Source of the DNA: Eledone cirrhosa
Taxonomy: Eukaryota
DNA: 64,000 nucleotides
Assembly (NCBI GenBank): GCA_964016885.1
Contig: OZ024742.1
Location: 136,586,001-136,650,000, forward strand
Reading direction: 5' to 3'
Both the position numbers and the translations under genes were made by a program. Positions 24,998-39,400 of the stretch are shown piece after piece (position 1 is the first letter of the stretch; the number at the start of each line of letters is the position of its first letter). The notes below the pieces were generated by a model. It saw nothing but the letters and a program-made list of their open reading frames with translations. It had not been told where the DNA came from and ran no database searches.

Positions 24998-26484
24998 TTG
25001 GAAAATGCGTGAGATCCTTGATACAGTAAGGTATATTTGAAGAAAGTAAACGAATGACTTCACTTGTAATTGGTATTCTATAAGGATTTGATTTTATAAT
25101 TTTACAATTTTGCTATGTAGATCTACTAAGTCCTTTGTTAAATTCACTGGAATGTTTTATAAAATCTTGGTTAACTTTCTGTAGACACATTGCTTGTTGT
25201 ATTTCTCTTCTAATGAAGGACTCTAGCTCAAAATATTGGTCGTATTTTTTGATATAGCACAACGTTTTGTTTGTGTTTCCATTCTAATTTATGTCAAGGC
25301 AAACTATTCGTGTTTACTACAATCTACTAAATCAGTGAAAATAATCAAATGTGGAGCCTAAAAGACAAGGCTATAATAACTGTGAACCTACAGGTTGAAT
25401 TTATAATGAAATGACAAATCACCCTTGGTTTCAGAGCCTAACTAAATGTAAGTTACTGTTAAAGAATATTGTGTTTCCCAATATAGTGCTATTAAGAGTG
25501 TTATATCCTCTGCCCACCATTCTAGTTTATGACTTCCATAGGTATTATATGTCATTGACGGATCATTAAATTTCACAGCAACTATATATGGGGCTTGTGT
25601 ATTTATAACTGTCCATATTCTGCTTATAATTTAAATTATGTGTGTTTATGTGAGAGTATCTGTAAGAGTGGGAAAGTATTTTGTATTTGTTTGTAAGGCA
25701 CACACATATATATATAATTTTACTGGAAAATATATTGTTAATGTGGGTAAAATTTCTTATTGCAAATTGGATTTCTGTTATGCATAAATAATTATAGATA
25801 TATTTATATTTTATAAAATATGTATGATTGTGCGTGTTAGTGTGTAATTGTTATTAAAAAGTTTACAGAGGAGTACATTTGTGTTATTGTTATTAATAGA
25901 TTATAGTAACAGTGACCTGAAATGCCAACAAAATTTCCCACACTTGTTGCTCAATTACTCCAGAAATATGTTTACTTTAGAAGAACGGAAATAAATAAAG
26001 ATATATTTAGAATAATAATTAAAAATTACGACAGTTGACTAAAGAGTTCAAGCTAAATATCATATTCTGTCACAAAGCTAAATGATTAAGGTTTTGGATT
26101 ACAATTCTAGGGTAAAAAAAATTCAGTCAGTGCCTGTTACATGGCACTGTAAACGTTAGTTTGGAAGACACAGTATTCAATATGCTTGAGTCAGTTTCAT
26201 GGAAAATACTTTCCTGCCTCCCACAACCTGCTTGATATTGTTCTGTAGGTAAAATCAAATAACAATATATGTATATTATATATACAATCACTGAGGCCTC
26301 TTGAATTTGCAGAACTGAATAGTCAGTGAATAGTCAGGGAACATTTATCATATTTATATAGATATGAAAATAGTGCGTAGTTTAGAGATTAAGGAGTTGC
26401 TCCAGGTGGAGTTACTACTTCCCCAAATTAAGAGACAACAGAACTGATATTATGTCTAAGGAAAAAAATCAATGTGCAGATTTT

Positions 26485-26685
26485 ACAACCAAAACCAACT
26501 GGCAGGTGACCTGGGGATAAATCCCAAGCAAGATGTTTGGATAATATCCATGAGTTTGGATTGCCTCAATTGAGGAACCAGCCAGATCAATTGGGGAGAG
26601 TTGCTTCTGGAAGGACCTGCTGGAAGGCATGCTTAGGTCTTTGCTCCTACGAACCACCCAGGAAAAAATGGGCAAAGAAGAAGTT
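26485..26685 (+). mobile_element. RTE-clade (Rex3/Expander-like) LINE 3' end relic
   Basis: RCLDNIHEFGLPQLRNQPDQLGRVASGRTCWKACL resembles RWRDYVSRLAWERLGIPPEELEEVAGEREVW..LL; (GAA)n tail; homologous to 31814-32012. Confidence 0.6.
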
Positions 26686-26737
26686 GAGAAGATAAAGTAT
26701 TAAAGTACAAAATGATTGTACCTTCTAGCTATTACTT

Positions 26738-26796
26738 ACCTACGTTTCATCAGTGCAAGACAATGAGGTTAACCTGTCTCATATGATTTATCAAGT
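26738..26796 (-). ncRNA. Degenerate hammerhead-like motif with long stem II
   Basis: Minus strand: TTGATAA-atca tatgagaca ggttaacc tcat tgtcttgcac tgat-GAAA-cg-TA; two core substitutions. Confidence 0.35.
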
Positions 26797-28041
26797 CATC
26801 TCTAATGGATGCTATCAAATTTTTCCCTGAATTCCATGCACCATAGACATTCTTTGACTTTGGAAATTTTATTGTTTATCCTTTTGGCATTCCTTATGAA
26901 TTCGGTGGTAGGAATTAGCTCTATTATGAGTTTTATATGCATGTGAGCTTACCACTTTAAATTTATACCTATATGGTTTTTCTGATATAGTTCACAAAAA
27001 CCAAAATGATATACGAGTATATCAAAAGTTATTAATAGCCCTGGAAATGTGTATATATATATGGCATATATATATATATATATATTTATTTATTAGTTAT
27101 GTAATACATATTACACAACTAATAAGCTCTGTAGCCTACATAGAGCACTCTTTTTTCCTATACCTTTCCGACGGAAATACTTCACACACACACACATATA
27201 TATATACCATATTTAGTGTACTAGCTATGCCTAATGAAATGCCTTACTTTTGATATAGAATAAATTTATTTTCACTTACATTTTTAAATAAAACTCTTTA
27301 CAACAAGCAATGCATTTTATTTCTTATATATTAGATTAGTATCGGCAGTTATCAGTTGAGTATTATAGAGAGTAAGTAAGAGTCGTTTTACTTCATTTAT
27401 ATTGCACATACTTTTGGAGAAGACATAAGCAATTTCATTTCACTTCTATCATAATTCTTTTCCAATTTGAATAAGATTGAATAAAATTTCACACATTCAA
27501 AAGATTATGTTTTTGAAAGGTATTTAGTTGACAAATATGGTAGTAGTTGGAATCCTACTGCAATTGACTTTGATTTTAATCTTTCTGTGGTCAGTAAAAT
27601 GGACCATATCCCTGGGAAAAAGTTGTTTTTTCTTTTGTCTAGGAATTTATTATTCGTATGTGATCTCTTATACTGTTAAGCTTTCAATGCATATATGGTT
27701 GCATGAGTAATAATGTGTTGGGGTAAGCATCTGGAAAATTGAATCAACAACGCAGGTTCAGTGTTTGGTTAAGGTTTTTGATTTCGTGTATTCCTTGTAC
27801 TTGCTGTAGCTGAATTATACAGCCTGGCTGACTTACATTCATCACATTATATAAACATAAACACTTTGGTAGAGAACCTAATGACTTGTTTACTGATGCA
27901 GCCTTGAGTAAATTGCAAGGAATTTTTCATTCTGTACTGACACACATAACAACTGGGAGACTGCTGTATATGGGGTATATTTACGCATATGTATGAGTGT
28001 ATGCATAGTTTGTTTGATCAATGATGGTGGTTGATGTGTAC

Positions 28042-28072
<31 letters not shown>

Positions 28073-28182
28073 CATCGGTACTTTCTTTCTCCCTCTCTCT
28101 TTTTATTTTTCTCTTCCTGCTTATATGTGTACATTTATATATATATATACACACATACACATATACACACACGCACGCATAT

Positions 28183-28185
<3 letters not shown>

Positions 28186-28219
<34 letters not shown>

Positions 28220-28243
28220 TGTGTGTGTGTGTGTGTGTGTGTG
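28186..28243. repeat. (CA)n fused directly to (TG)n, a loopless palindrome
   Basis: ...acacacac|gtgtgtgt... centre at 28216/28217. Confidence 0.9.
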
Positions 28244-29029
28244 AGAGGTATATGAGAAGCCCTCAAAACTTGAACATCCTATTTGTAAATTTGGTCATGG
28301 CAGCAAAAAGGTCAGTAATCGAATTAAAAAACACATGGTGGAAAATTAAGAATAGAACAAGTATGAGGTGCACAGTTGCCAAACAGGTGCCAAACCTTAG
28401 TTCTTGTTCTGCTTAGTATGATTGGGTTGAGGTCTCTTAGTTTGTCTGTCATCAATGTTTTATAGTAAGAAAAGTAAAATATATAATGTCTCATGTTTAA
28501 TAAGCCTGATACAATAGTTCATACATTATAATGTTTATTCTATGTGTATGTAGGTAAGCATGAGGAGACATGTATTTATTCTTATCTTGGAAGATGTTGG
28601 TGATTCTTGATAAAGGTAAAAATCTGAACGAAGTAACAGAATGTTTGATAAATAGATTACTCAATTTTATTTTTAGATAACTTCTTATTTACAGCTTGAC
28701 TCTTCAATCAAGAGTAGCTAAGGTTATAATTTATTATTTACATGAATCACATTGGAAACCTGAAACTACCATTCCAGGCATTCTAAACTTCTTTCTCTAT
28801 TGACTGTTTCATATATATTGCTTTTACTTCTTCATTGTTTTGATTTTTTTTTTTTGCTCTACATGTTACATAAAGTTTTCGAAAATATGTATTTTTTTAA
28901 AAACTCCAAATATTGAAATTACTGAATATCAATATATACATATATATATTTATACACACATACATACATGCAAAAACACACATATGATTATGTTTTTGAA
29001 ACATGTAATTTTTTAAATACAAGTCTTGA

Positions 29030-29100
29030 AATATATATATATATATACACACACACATATATATATACATACATATATATATATATATATATACACACAC

Positions 29101-29135
<35 letters not shown>

Positions 29136-29178
29136 CATATATATATATACATATTTTATTGTATATATATATATACTC

Positions 29179-29211
<33 letters not shown>

Positions 29212-29218
29212 CATATTT

Positions 29219-29257
<39 letters not shown>

Positions 29258-29290
29258 CACACATATATATATATATATATATATATCATG
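29030..29290. repeat. Degenerate (TA)n microsatellite
   Basis: Direct inspection. Confidence 0.95.
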
Positions 29291-29520
29291 CATAGATGCA
29301 TACATGCATACATACATACAATGTATTATAGACTGAATTATACACAGTATAGATGTATATATCTATATAGATAAAACTTTGTTTCTACTTGTCATTCATT
29401 TTTTTTCTTAAATACTTCTTTAGATATTTTTGGTGAATTTCAATGAGTTATTTATATTTATATATATATATATTTTTTTATTTGCCACCATTCTCTGTCT
29501 ATATGTTTATATGTGTGTGC

Positions 29521-29571
<51 letters not shown>

Positions 29572-30099
29572 GAGTGTTTATACATACATTTATTACAGGC
29601 ATATTCCTGTCAAAATTATATACATATATGAATATATCTGTATAATATCTATATATGGATTTAAGCTCTCAAATACACACAAGATTGCAAAAATACATTC
29701 ATACATATCAGCAAATACATATACACGTTACATCATTCCTTTGTTAATTCAGTACTTGTGTTTTTTTTATTTCTGAAAATGTAACCACTCATCTTTGTCT
29801 GAATGAAATTGCAGTTTAGTTGTATATATGTTTGAATTTGTGTATGTGTGTATGTTGTTTTATGTGTATAATGTATTTTCTGTATGCATGTTTGTATTTC
29901 TATAATGAATTTCTTGAAAGCCTTTCTTTTTCTTTCCCCTTTAATTTTATGTTGATTCTTATTAAAACAAAAAACCTCCCTTATATTTAAAATATGTAAT
30001 AATTACCCTATGTATTGATATTATGTTTCCATTTGAGAATATGGAAGAGGCGTTACAAGAAGCATATATAAATATTATTTTAATTAGTATATATATTTT

Positions 30100-30239
30100 A
30101 TATCCATATATATAAATATATATATGTATGTATGTATTATGTATGTATACATATAAATATATGTATGTATATATATATATGTATGTATATATATATGTAT
30201 GTATATATATGTATATGTATGTATATATATATATATAAT

Positions 30240-30308
<69 letters not shown>

Positions 30309-30367
30309 ATATATGTGTGTATATATATATATAAACATATATGTGTGTGTATATATATATATAAACA

Positions 30368-30400
<33 letters not shown>

Positions 30401-30410
30401 GACATATATG
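30100..30410. repeat. Degenerate (TA)n microsatellite with ~28-30 bp higher-order units
   Basis: ataaacatatatgtgtgtatatatatat repeated 3 times at 30303-30390. Confidence 0.9.
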
Positions 30411-31813
30411 TGTTATAACAAATCAAAATAATCCAGATTCTCTGACATTCAGATAATATATCACAGAAACAGGGCTATATTTCGGCATCTTGTATGACCT
30501 CTTCCAAGGCTATCACTCTCTAACTTGCAGCATTCAGCTAATGTTGTTTACCTATTTCTGCTCTATCTTTTCCCCAGTCTTTCTCTCACTCTATATCTTT
30601 TCCTCCCAACTCTTCCCCCTACCTCAAATGCCCTGTGTTTTCATGTTATCTTTGTTGCATTCCTTTTTATATATTAAATATATATATTTTACCATTTTTT
30701 TTCATTGTTTTTGCAACCAAATGTTATATGAGTGTCGGGAATGTTTTGACCAAAGCTTCGATTACCTATCCTCCATCCATCCTTGTTGTTGCCAAAAATG
30801 TTTATTTAATTCTTGTTCAGCTACTGCCATCTAAAGTCTAGCAATCTTGTTGATAACAATCTGGCTAACAAACATTTTCACACTCATGCAAACACTCAGA
30901 CACACACATGTGTGTCAACAATAACATTATTTCCATTATCAGTTTGAGAATTTTATCCCCCTTCGTTCCACCAAATATCGTCCATCTTCTAACTGACAAC
31001 TAAATTTTTCATTTTTATCTATAAAATATAAACTGTATCAGGTGTTGTACCATTCCCTTTGTTTATTTAGTCATTTCATTTCAATAATCTCTGTGGAAAA
31101 ATTAAGAATAATGAAAATAGCATTTTGGTTATAGGCTTCTGGTGAACAGAATAGCATCTCCATCAAATCTTAATAATGAGAGATAAAGAAATTCCATATT
31201 AATATTTCTGATACTCTTGAGAAAAGCATTCATGATAAATCACACGCTGTGACCATGTACAACACCAATGTTCCAATACATGCTAATACTGAGCAATATA
31301 AAAGTTAATGAAATAAGCTCTTAGATAATTTACAATTTTGCTTTAACTACAAACAAGAAATATTTGTGTCACAATACTCCAAAGAAAGATATGAAGATAT
31401 TCCACATTCTAGAAGATATAAATTTCAATATAATATATTCCTCTTCTCAGGAAATTCTAGCAATTCTATATTTTAAGCAACATTTTCATCTATATCTTGT
31501 CCCTTCCTATTTTCATTAGACAACTCTCTTATATAGTCTGACTGTGCATACTAGCCACCCACCTTTCAGAAATGACAACATATAATGATACATTTATAAT
31601 ACAATAACAGAAAACCTTTTCTGTCTCACATCTTTTATGCTTCAAGGGGAAATTCACCAGTGTTTCGATCACAGGAGTGTTATATTTGACTATTCTAATG
31701 TTTCATTTGTACAATAATTACTCTAAGGAACTATAATTACTCTAAGGAAGGATTTACAAAACATAGTTTCTAATCTCAAGTTTAATTATGTTTAACAATT
31801 AAAAAATAACTAC

Positions 31814-32012
31814 TCCTTCTCCTCCTCCTGCTTATTCTTGGGAAGGTGTGGGGGTTTGAGTCCTCAAACACTCCTTCCAGTGTGTCTTGTCAGAAACAAC
31901 CATCTTCAATTGATCCAGCTAAATCCCCAAGAGAGACCAGTCAAGTTCGTAGATGTTACCCAACCATCTTGCTCGGGTCTCACCCTGGGTTTCCTGCTAC
32001 CATTGTTAAATG
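31814..32012 (-). mobile_element. RTE-clade (Rex3/Expander-like) LINE 3' end relic
   Basis: Minus strand reads GSRKPRVRP/ARWLGNIYELDWSLLGI*LDQLKMVVSDKTHWKECLRTQTPTPSQE*; (GGA)n tail. Confidence 0.7.
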
Positions 32013-32409
32013 GTTGCTCCCTGCTCAAAATGATTATACTGAGGTGCAACAATATAGAATCACCATGAGCAATTGAGTGAAGTATTTTGCAAGTATTTCT
32101 AGCTGTCACATACTAACTTTTATTGCAATGCATGCAATTTTGTGAACTGGTATTCAACTCAAACTGGGAGTTTGTAATAAGATTAAACTGTTACATCAAG
32201 TAGTTAATGCAATGGTATTGTGATACAGAATTTCTAGAAAAACTCATTGTTAAGTAAATGTTATTACAAGTTGGTGTGTTTTCCATCCTACATTTTGCTT
32301 AATCAATCACTCTTAATGTTTCAATGAAATTATACATACTACATACATTTACCCAACAAAAGTACAAGCTGATAATTAGAGAATGTGGCACAATGTTCAA
32401 TGGCTGTTG

Positions 32410-32449
<40 letters not shown>

Positions 32450-32661
32450 CATTTTTATTTTCTTTCCTTATTGTTTCTGAGATATATGCCGAATGTCTTC
32501 CTGACACCTAGGGCAAATAAATTCACAGTGTGCATTGGTAAGCCAGTTAATACAGCACATTGATTATAATTTTTTTTAAAGTATACATATATACACATAT
32601 GCATATGTAAATACAAGGAGGGATATCGATCTGACAGAGATAGTGCTCTTAATACGCGTGC

Positions 32662-32706
<45 letters not shown>

Positions 32707-32911
32707 AGGGGTGGTGGATTGGCAGTATCGGTAGAGGGTTGGACACCATGCTTTTCAGCAAAGAGTTACAGCCATTTATGGTCTGAATTCATATCCCGCT
32801 GAGGGTAACTTTGCCTTTCATCCTTACACGGTCGATAAAATAAAGTACCAGCAATACACTGGGATAATTGCTGGCCTTGTGCCAAAAGTATAAACAATTA
32901 TTATTATTATT
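32707..32911 (+). mobile_element. Full-length Nin-domain tRNA-SINE, first of a tandem pair
   Basis: A box tggcagtatcgg, B-box-like gaattcatatcc, Nin domain, (TTA)n tail; preceded by (TTA)n. Confidence 0.88.
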
Positions 32912-32929
32912 ATTATTATAACACTCACC

Positions 32930-33117
32930 AAGGGTGGTGGATTGGCAGTATCGGTAGAGGGTCGGACGCCATGCTTTCTAGCATAGTTACGTCCCTTTAC
33001 AGTCCGAGTTCAAATCCCGCCGAGATTAACTTTGCCTTTCATCCTTACGGGGTCGATAAAATAAAGTACCAGTAATGTACTGGATAATCGCTGGCCTTGT
33101 GCCTAAAAGTAGAAACA
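32930..33117 (+). mobile_element. Full-length Nin-domain tRNA-SINE with target-site duplication
   Basis: A box, B box gagttcaaatcc, Nin domain; flanked by attattataacactcacc at 32912-32929 and 33118-33135. Confidence 0.9.
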
Positions 33118-33259
33118 ATTATTATAACACTCACCCTCACACTCATCTTTATCAATTCTGATTTTACTTTGAATGATTCTGAGATCAAACTGGAATGAAA
33201 CTAATCTATGTTGCCTCCCTTCCTCGTTATTTTGGTTAATATTATTGTTTATATATGAA

Positions 33260-33395
33260 GTATTGGCAGTGTTGTTTAGAGCATTACATACAATGTTTCA
33301 GTGTTTGTTCTTGCTCACTGGGCTCTGATTTCAAATCTTGCCAAGAATGACTTTGTTTTTCCTCCTTTGGGTATCAATAAATAAAATACCAATCT
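33260..33395 (+). mobile_element. Highly degenerate Nin-domain SINE
   Basis: ttggcagt...gatttcaaatcttgcc...gactttg...tcctttgggtatcaataaataaaatacca. Confidence 0.45.
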
Positions 33396-34398
33396 AGGAG
33401 AAAAGAATTGATGAGGATTTTGTAGAAACGAATGGGATGCTTTGATGTATCTGATCCAATTTGTTGTATTTTGAATTCAAATATCACCCCTTTCTTCTCA
33501 GATTTGTGATGAGCAGATAGAACAAGCAATGAAAAGATCCTTGTTTCTCTGGTCTAATCTGAAGATTCCCACCTTTCCTTTCTTTTCTGAGAATGAAATG
33601 AGCACACATCATAGAACAAAAAAAACAAGATAGTTTCCTTTCTTATGGCTATTGGTATATTCTCTGCTGGCAGATGACAGACATGTGTTATTTTCTTTTC
33701 AAATGAGAGTAATAAATGAACCAGTACTAGACAAGTATCTTAACGTCATCTTCCCTCTATATCAGGCATTATGGGCCTCATGACTGGCTTCATTTTCATC
33801 ATGAAATCTTTTCTATGGCAACGTTGTTTGATCAGATACTTTTATTCACCTCTTCCTACACAGGATAGGCAAACTTATTATAAACTGGATACACACAGAT
33901 GGACCAGTTTTATAGTATGTCTAAATAAAATACTTTACTACCTAATAAAAATATTGGTGATATACCTAGGGAATTGGATGGGCAGAAACGTTAAGCTGGC
34001 ATATTAAATACTATAGTTACATATCTTTATATTGTGAGTTCAATCTCTATTGAGTTTTTCTTTACATTTCAACCTTCTAAGTGTAGATAAAAGATAAGGC
34101 AATCACAAAATGAAATGCAAAACCTCTTCAGACGTTTGCCTTGCTGTTTATCTTAAAAATAATATTATTTAATATAATTGAACAGTGTAGAGGCAAAATA
34201 ATGATAATTAAATGGCTTGTGTTATTTAGTTACATCCCTTTAAGTTTTAATCTTGAATCATGCCAAAGTAAATTTTGGCTTTTATCTGTTTGGGGTCAAT
34301 ACAAAAAATACCAACAATATATTAGATTCAAGTGATTAAACATTGCTTTAATTCACTATAGTTTTACTTTAAACAATTTTTCATCGTTATCATCAGCA

Positions 34399-34401
<3 letters not shown>

Positions 34402-34460
<59 letters not shown>
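34402..34460. repeat. (TTA)n microsatellite
   Basis: Direct inspection. Confidence 0.95.
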
Positions 34461-35439
34461 CATCGTTGTTGTTATTGTTATAATTGTTGTTATTGTAATA
34501 GTGTATGTGCATATGTATGTAAAGATATGTGTACCTTGTGAGTTTGTTTGTTTCTCCTCTAAGAGATTATCCTTTCTCAACAAGAAATATGGGAAAAAGT
34601 AATACAAAAGAAGTGGAAGATTGTGACTATTATTTTGAGGAAGTCTTTCTGTCTAAACTATACACATACATACATGCAGGCATGTATACATACATACATA
34701 CTTACATGCATATATATATACATACATGCATACATACTTACTTACAAAAAATATGCGTATGCAGGAAAAAACACATACATACCCATTTTTGTACTTAGAT
34801 ACAAACAGAAATATAATTTAAAATACTGAAGCTCATATACACAGTTTAAATTTACGCACATGTTATCCCCATAACCAGAATTCATTAATGTTTAGATTAG
34901 TATTTACTTGGTGGCCAGTTTATCAAAAGTGTTTCAACCAATCCATCTGCTTGCTATCTAATAAATGTTCATTTCAGTAGGGAATTGACATGGTACTCCA
35001 GCTCTCTAACTGCATTTTGTTATTGAGATTTAACCAGCCATGCATTTAATCAAAGAATCAGTAAATCCATCAGTATTTTCAGGTATCACTGAGCATTCAT
35101 TGTATTCTAATATTCAATAACGTATCCCATTCTGTTATGAAACTGTTACTCAGGTAGCTAAGGCAGGTGGTCTAAAAGTGTTTTTTTCCCTGTCAGTGTT
35201 ATGTTTAGATTAACACAAGAGTTGTGAAAAGAAACTGTTGAGCATATCAATAGACCTATTCAGATGTAACAACTAATGCTTCATCACTAAAACACAATAT
35301 TGTTTATGAATTTAAAGTTGTTATGTTGTCCATGATTGAATTACCTGCCAACAGAAATGAACATATTTTCCTTTGTTGTTAGGTAGTTATTCCCTGTATC
35401 ATTGTAAATTTCTAGGAGGAAATAGTTTTTAATATTTAT

Positions 35440-35491
35440 AATATATATATGATTCTATATATGCATATATATATATATACACAAATATATG

Positions 35492-35523
<32 letters not shown>

Positions 35524-35540
35524 AATATGTATATATGTGT

Positions 35541-35601
<61 letters not shown>

Positions 35602-35765
35602 TTATATAAATATGTATATATGCGTAACATATATATGTATATATATACTTATATATATATGTATATATGCAAAACATATATATATACTTATATATATGTA
35701 TATATGTATATATACAAAACTTATGTATATGTATGAATATATGCGTATATATGTATATTATATGT
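35440..35765. repeat. Degenerate (TA)n microsatellite
   Basis: Direct inspection. Confidence 0.93.
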
Positions 35766-36202
35766 ATTTCAATTGCCTATGATTATGATTGCTAATAAGC
35801 TGCCTTAATGGAGTACATGTTGTCTACATGGCTCTTATGCATTTCTTCTAGCTTATCCTAGTTTCTGTATTAACTAAGAAATAGTTCTGGCTGCTTTGAT
35901 TACAGCATCACAGCTTCATCAAATAAAATGTTGGTGTAAACTAGACAGTATTTACATAAACTATCCAGTTTAATACCACTACCTGGCTCACATGTGCATT
36001 TACCAGAACCCACTTTGCTGCATGCAATGAGAACAGATTTACAGTTATCTCCCACCCTCTTCTTTTCCATCAGTATCTGAGGTTCTGAAAAGGGTCATGT
36101 TTCCTGCCCTTCACTCTCTAATTAAACAATAATAAAAAAAAAGGATTCTCAAATCTTTTATAATATCTTGCTAATTTCTGAAATATTTGTTAGATTCTTC
36201 CT

Positions 36203-36435
36203 TTGACCCTTTTTTTAGCATTTAAACCCACCGTATCCGGCCAGACCTCTCCTGCCTCTTTCTGTTCAAATTGGCAGGAACGAGCTATTCATACTCATGT
36301 TAAGGTATTGTTCTTAAATTAAATAATATCAAAATCTCATAGACTCGATATTATTTGATATAATTATGTGAAGTAAAGGCTTTACCATGAAAATATAATA
36401 GTATATATAGAGTAATGTAAATGCTAAAAGGTTAA
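36203..36435. mobile_element. piggyBac-type non-autonomous element (MITE)
   Basis: Left end ttga-ccc-t(n)agcattta, right end taaatgctaaaagg-ttaa: terminal inverted repeats inside TTAA-like target sites. Confidence 0.65.
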
Positions 36436-39400
36436 TAGCATTTATGTGATTTGATTATAGTTTCTCTGCTATAGTATGTCATAATGCTCCATCTGTTAAT
36501 AGGAAAGGTCAATGGAATTCTGGTTTAAGGTTATATCCTTTCTTTTTTTAGTAATATTTTTATAGTCACACTTTCTTAATTAATATCACAATAATATCAC
36601 TAATATTTGAAAATATTAAATAAATATTAATAGTCTTTAATAAACTAATCATTGAAATCAACTTATAGATTAGAATCACTTTTTCTGAGCATTTCAGTAT
36701 CATAAATGAAATATATAAACATATTCACATTCACACATGTGCATTCCCACTAATACATCCATTGAGCATACACATATGCTTATTAACTTGTGTCACACAC
36801 TTTTGAAACATTAAATCTCTATCAGTTTCTCTCTCTCTCTCTGTCTCTCCCTCTTCCAACACACACACACAGCTACACTTACACATACCTGCACAGAAAT
36901 GTGATTTACACTTACTTGGTACATTAATTTGGAAGAAGTTGGACAATTTCTGGTGGAACGGTTGACAAAATACAGTGTCCTACCATTTTTGTGTTCTTTA
37001 TGAAATCGTGTACTTACATATTTTTTATTAAACCACTAGCTCAGCTTAGCCATATATATCTTTCTTCCTGGGTGCATAATAACATAGCATAATTAATGAA
37101 TGTACTATTTCATTTTATGCCTTTTTTTTCTTTTTTTTCTTTTTTTTTTTTTACCCCTATGGCTACAGGCCTAATTTAGAAATTATATTATTTTTATTAT
37201 CCTCATTATTTTCATTACGAAAAGAAAAACAGAAACCAATCTTTGTGGTGGATAACTGGATTATTTTGCCTTTTGTCACTGATCTATTTAATTTTTATAT
37301 TTATGAAAAAGAGAATGCAATGGACGACCCTCTAACATTGTAAACTTTTTATGATATGCAGAGTATTACGAAGACTTTGGAATCTCATCTCCTGAATCAT
37401 TGACATTCGGTTGTAAATCCTCAATTTTAATTGTTTGGTGGAAATTTCATATTCACATTCATACACACATAGATATATATATTTTGAAGAAACAGTATCT
37501 TCAAAGTTTCCTTACATATACAATTACTCAAAATCTGTGCAAATACCATACAAATGAAACAGTTCTAGTCCTGTAGAAGTCATTTTCTATATATAATAAA
37601 TGTTATATATAAATACATGCATACACACATATGTATATATATATATATATGTATGTGAGCTCAACTTCTATTATAATCCAGGCAGAAATCATACAAAGTG
37701 TCTGATTTATCTTGTTTTTGTCTTTTTGTTTGTTGCTACCAAACTACAGATTATGATTATTTCTAACATTTATTATTGCTGCCAAACTTTGATCATACCT
37801 ATTCTCCTAGTCTTTGCATAGTAGATTGTTTTAATATCAATTACAATAGATTCTTATAAAAGTTTTTTTTTCAAACCAATTTTTTTAGTTCAATGTCTGG
37901 ATTTTCCATTCATTTTACTTTATAGTCAGCATAGCATAACTTTTACATATATAAGAATATTTCTAGTTTCTTCTGTATTCATATCAATGTTTATTGTTGA
38001 ATAACAGTATCCTGTTTGATTTAATTTACTTCTTCAAATTCATAATATACATATTAAGATAGTATAGATTTGCCTATATACTGCAAGAAGTTGTACTGCA
38101 TTATCATATTTTATCAGGTGTATTTACAGAAATTCAATCAATGAACACTATTTTTATGTACAACCATAAATCCCAGGATTTGATAATATTCATTTGTTGG
38201 AAATTACCCGGAAGCCCTACCACATCTAAATAAAAATGCCAAGCTATATAATTCAAATGTAATATTAATTGCGCAACTATTGCATTTCAATTCAAGGGAA
38301 TTTTCTCAAAGTTACTGTTAGTCAAGATGAATATAAATATTTCAGCCACACTAATTGTCTTAAGATATATAATGTGTAACAACATAGCTTAAGAAACTGA
38401 TTCCCTATAAATAGACACAACCAATTGAACAACTTCCAGAAGGTTTAATTTCACACTCAGTCTTATTTATTATATATTCTAAAGATTACCCTAACATCGA
38501 ATAATTATCATGTGAATCAAAGTAGAGTCTATATGAAAAATCACACATATATTTTGCTCAACCTTACATAATTCCCATATTATGCTGTACAACTCTTCCA
38601 TGTGATGCAGCATGCAGTTCAGTAATAATGTCACAACTACATTATTATTTAGCCTATTTTGGCTTTGGTAGAAATTGTACTGTAGATTTTATTTTTATGA
38701 AGTGTAACATATCTCTGCTAATCTAGGATACCCAAGGAATCAGAACTACTGAGATTAACCAACAGAAATCCAGTATGCAATATATGTAACATTTTATTTC
38801 ATTAGTTTTGAAAATACTCTCTAACTTTTATCATGAGATGCAATATGAAATATGTTTCATGTTACAATGACTTGAATGAATTTTCTTTGGTTGGGTATAC
38901 ATATCATCATTCGAATTTCTATAGGTGGCATGCTATTGGTTTCTGCTTCATTGAATTAAATTTATATTTCCATTCACATTATTGAGTGATTTTATTTTTT
39001 CAATATTCATAGTTATAGACTATTTGGCAGTAAATAATCTAGGCAGTAAACAAAACTGAGGTAATTAGTATCATGCTTCTGCACAAGGATGACATAAAGC
39101 ATACTAGATATCTTAGTAAATTTGAAATGAGTGATATGTTATTGAACCTTCAGTATGTAGGTTTCAAGTTTAGCTGTACCAGAAGACTTCCATCATGTCT
39201 CTGGGCCTTGCATTTAAATTTACATATCTCACTTTATAATCTTCATGTTAAAAAAAAGGCACCAGATCTTTTGAGAGTATTACCTAAGATAGACTGTTAT
39301 CTTACCAAAAGAAATATTTATATTACGTATTGTAAAGTTTTCAATAGCTGGAAAATATCTAAAAGACACATCATGATTCTAGTTGAGAATTTTTAACGAA

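Noticed and set aside
25205-25245. ctaatgaagg...ctcaaaata as a plus-strand hammerhead relic
   Set aside because: Too many core substitutions; indistinguishable from chance in AT-rich DNA.
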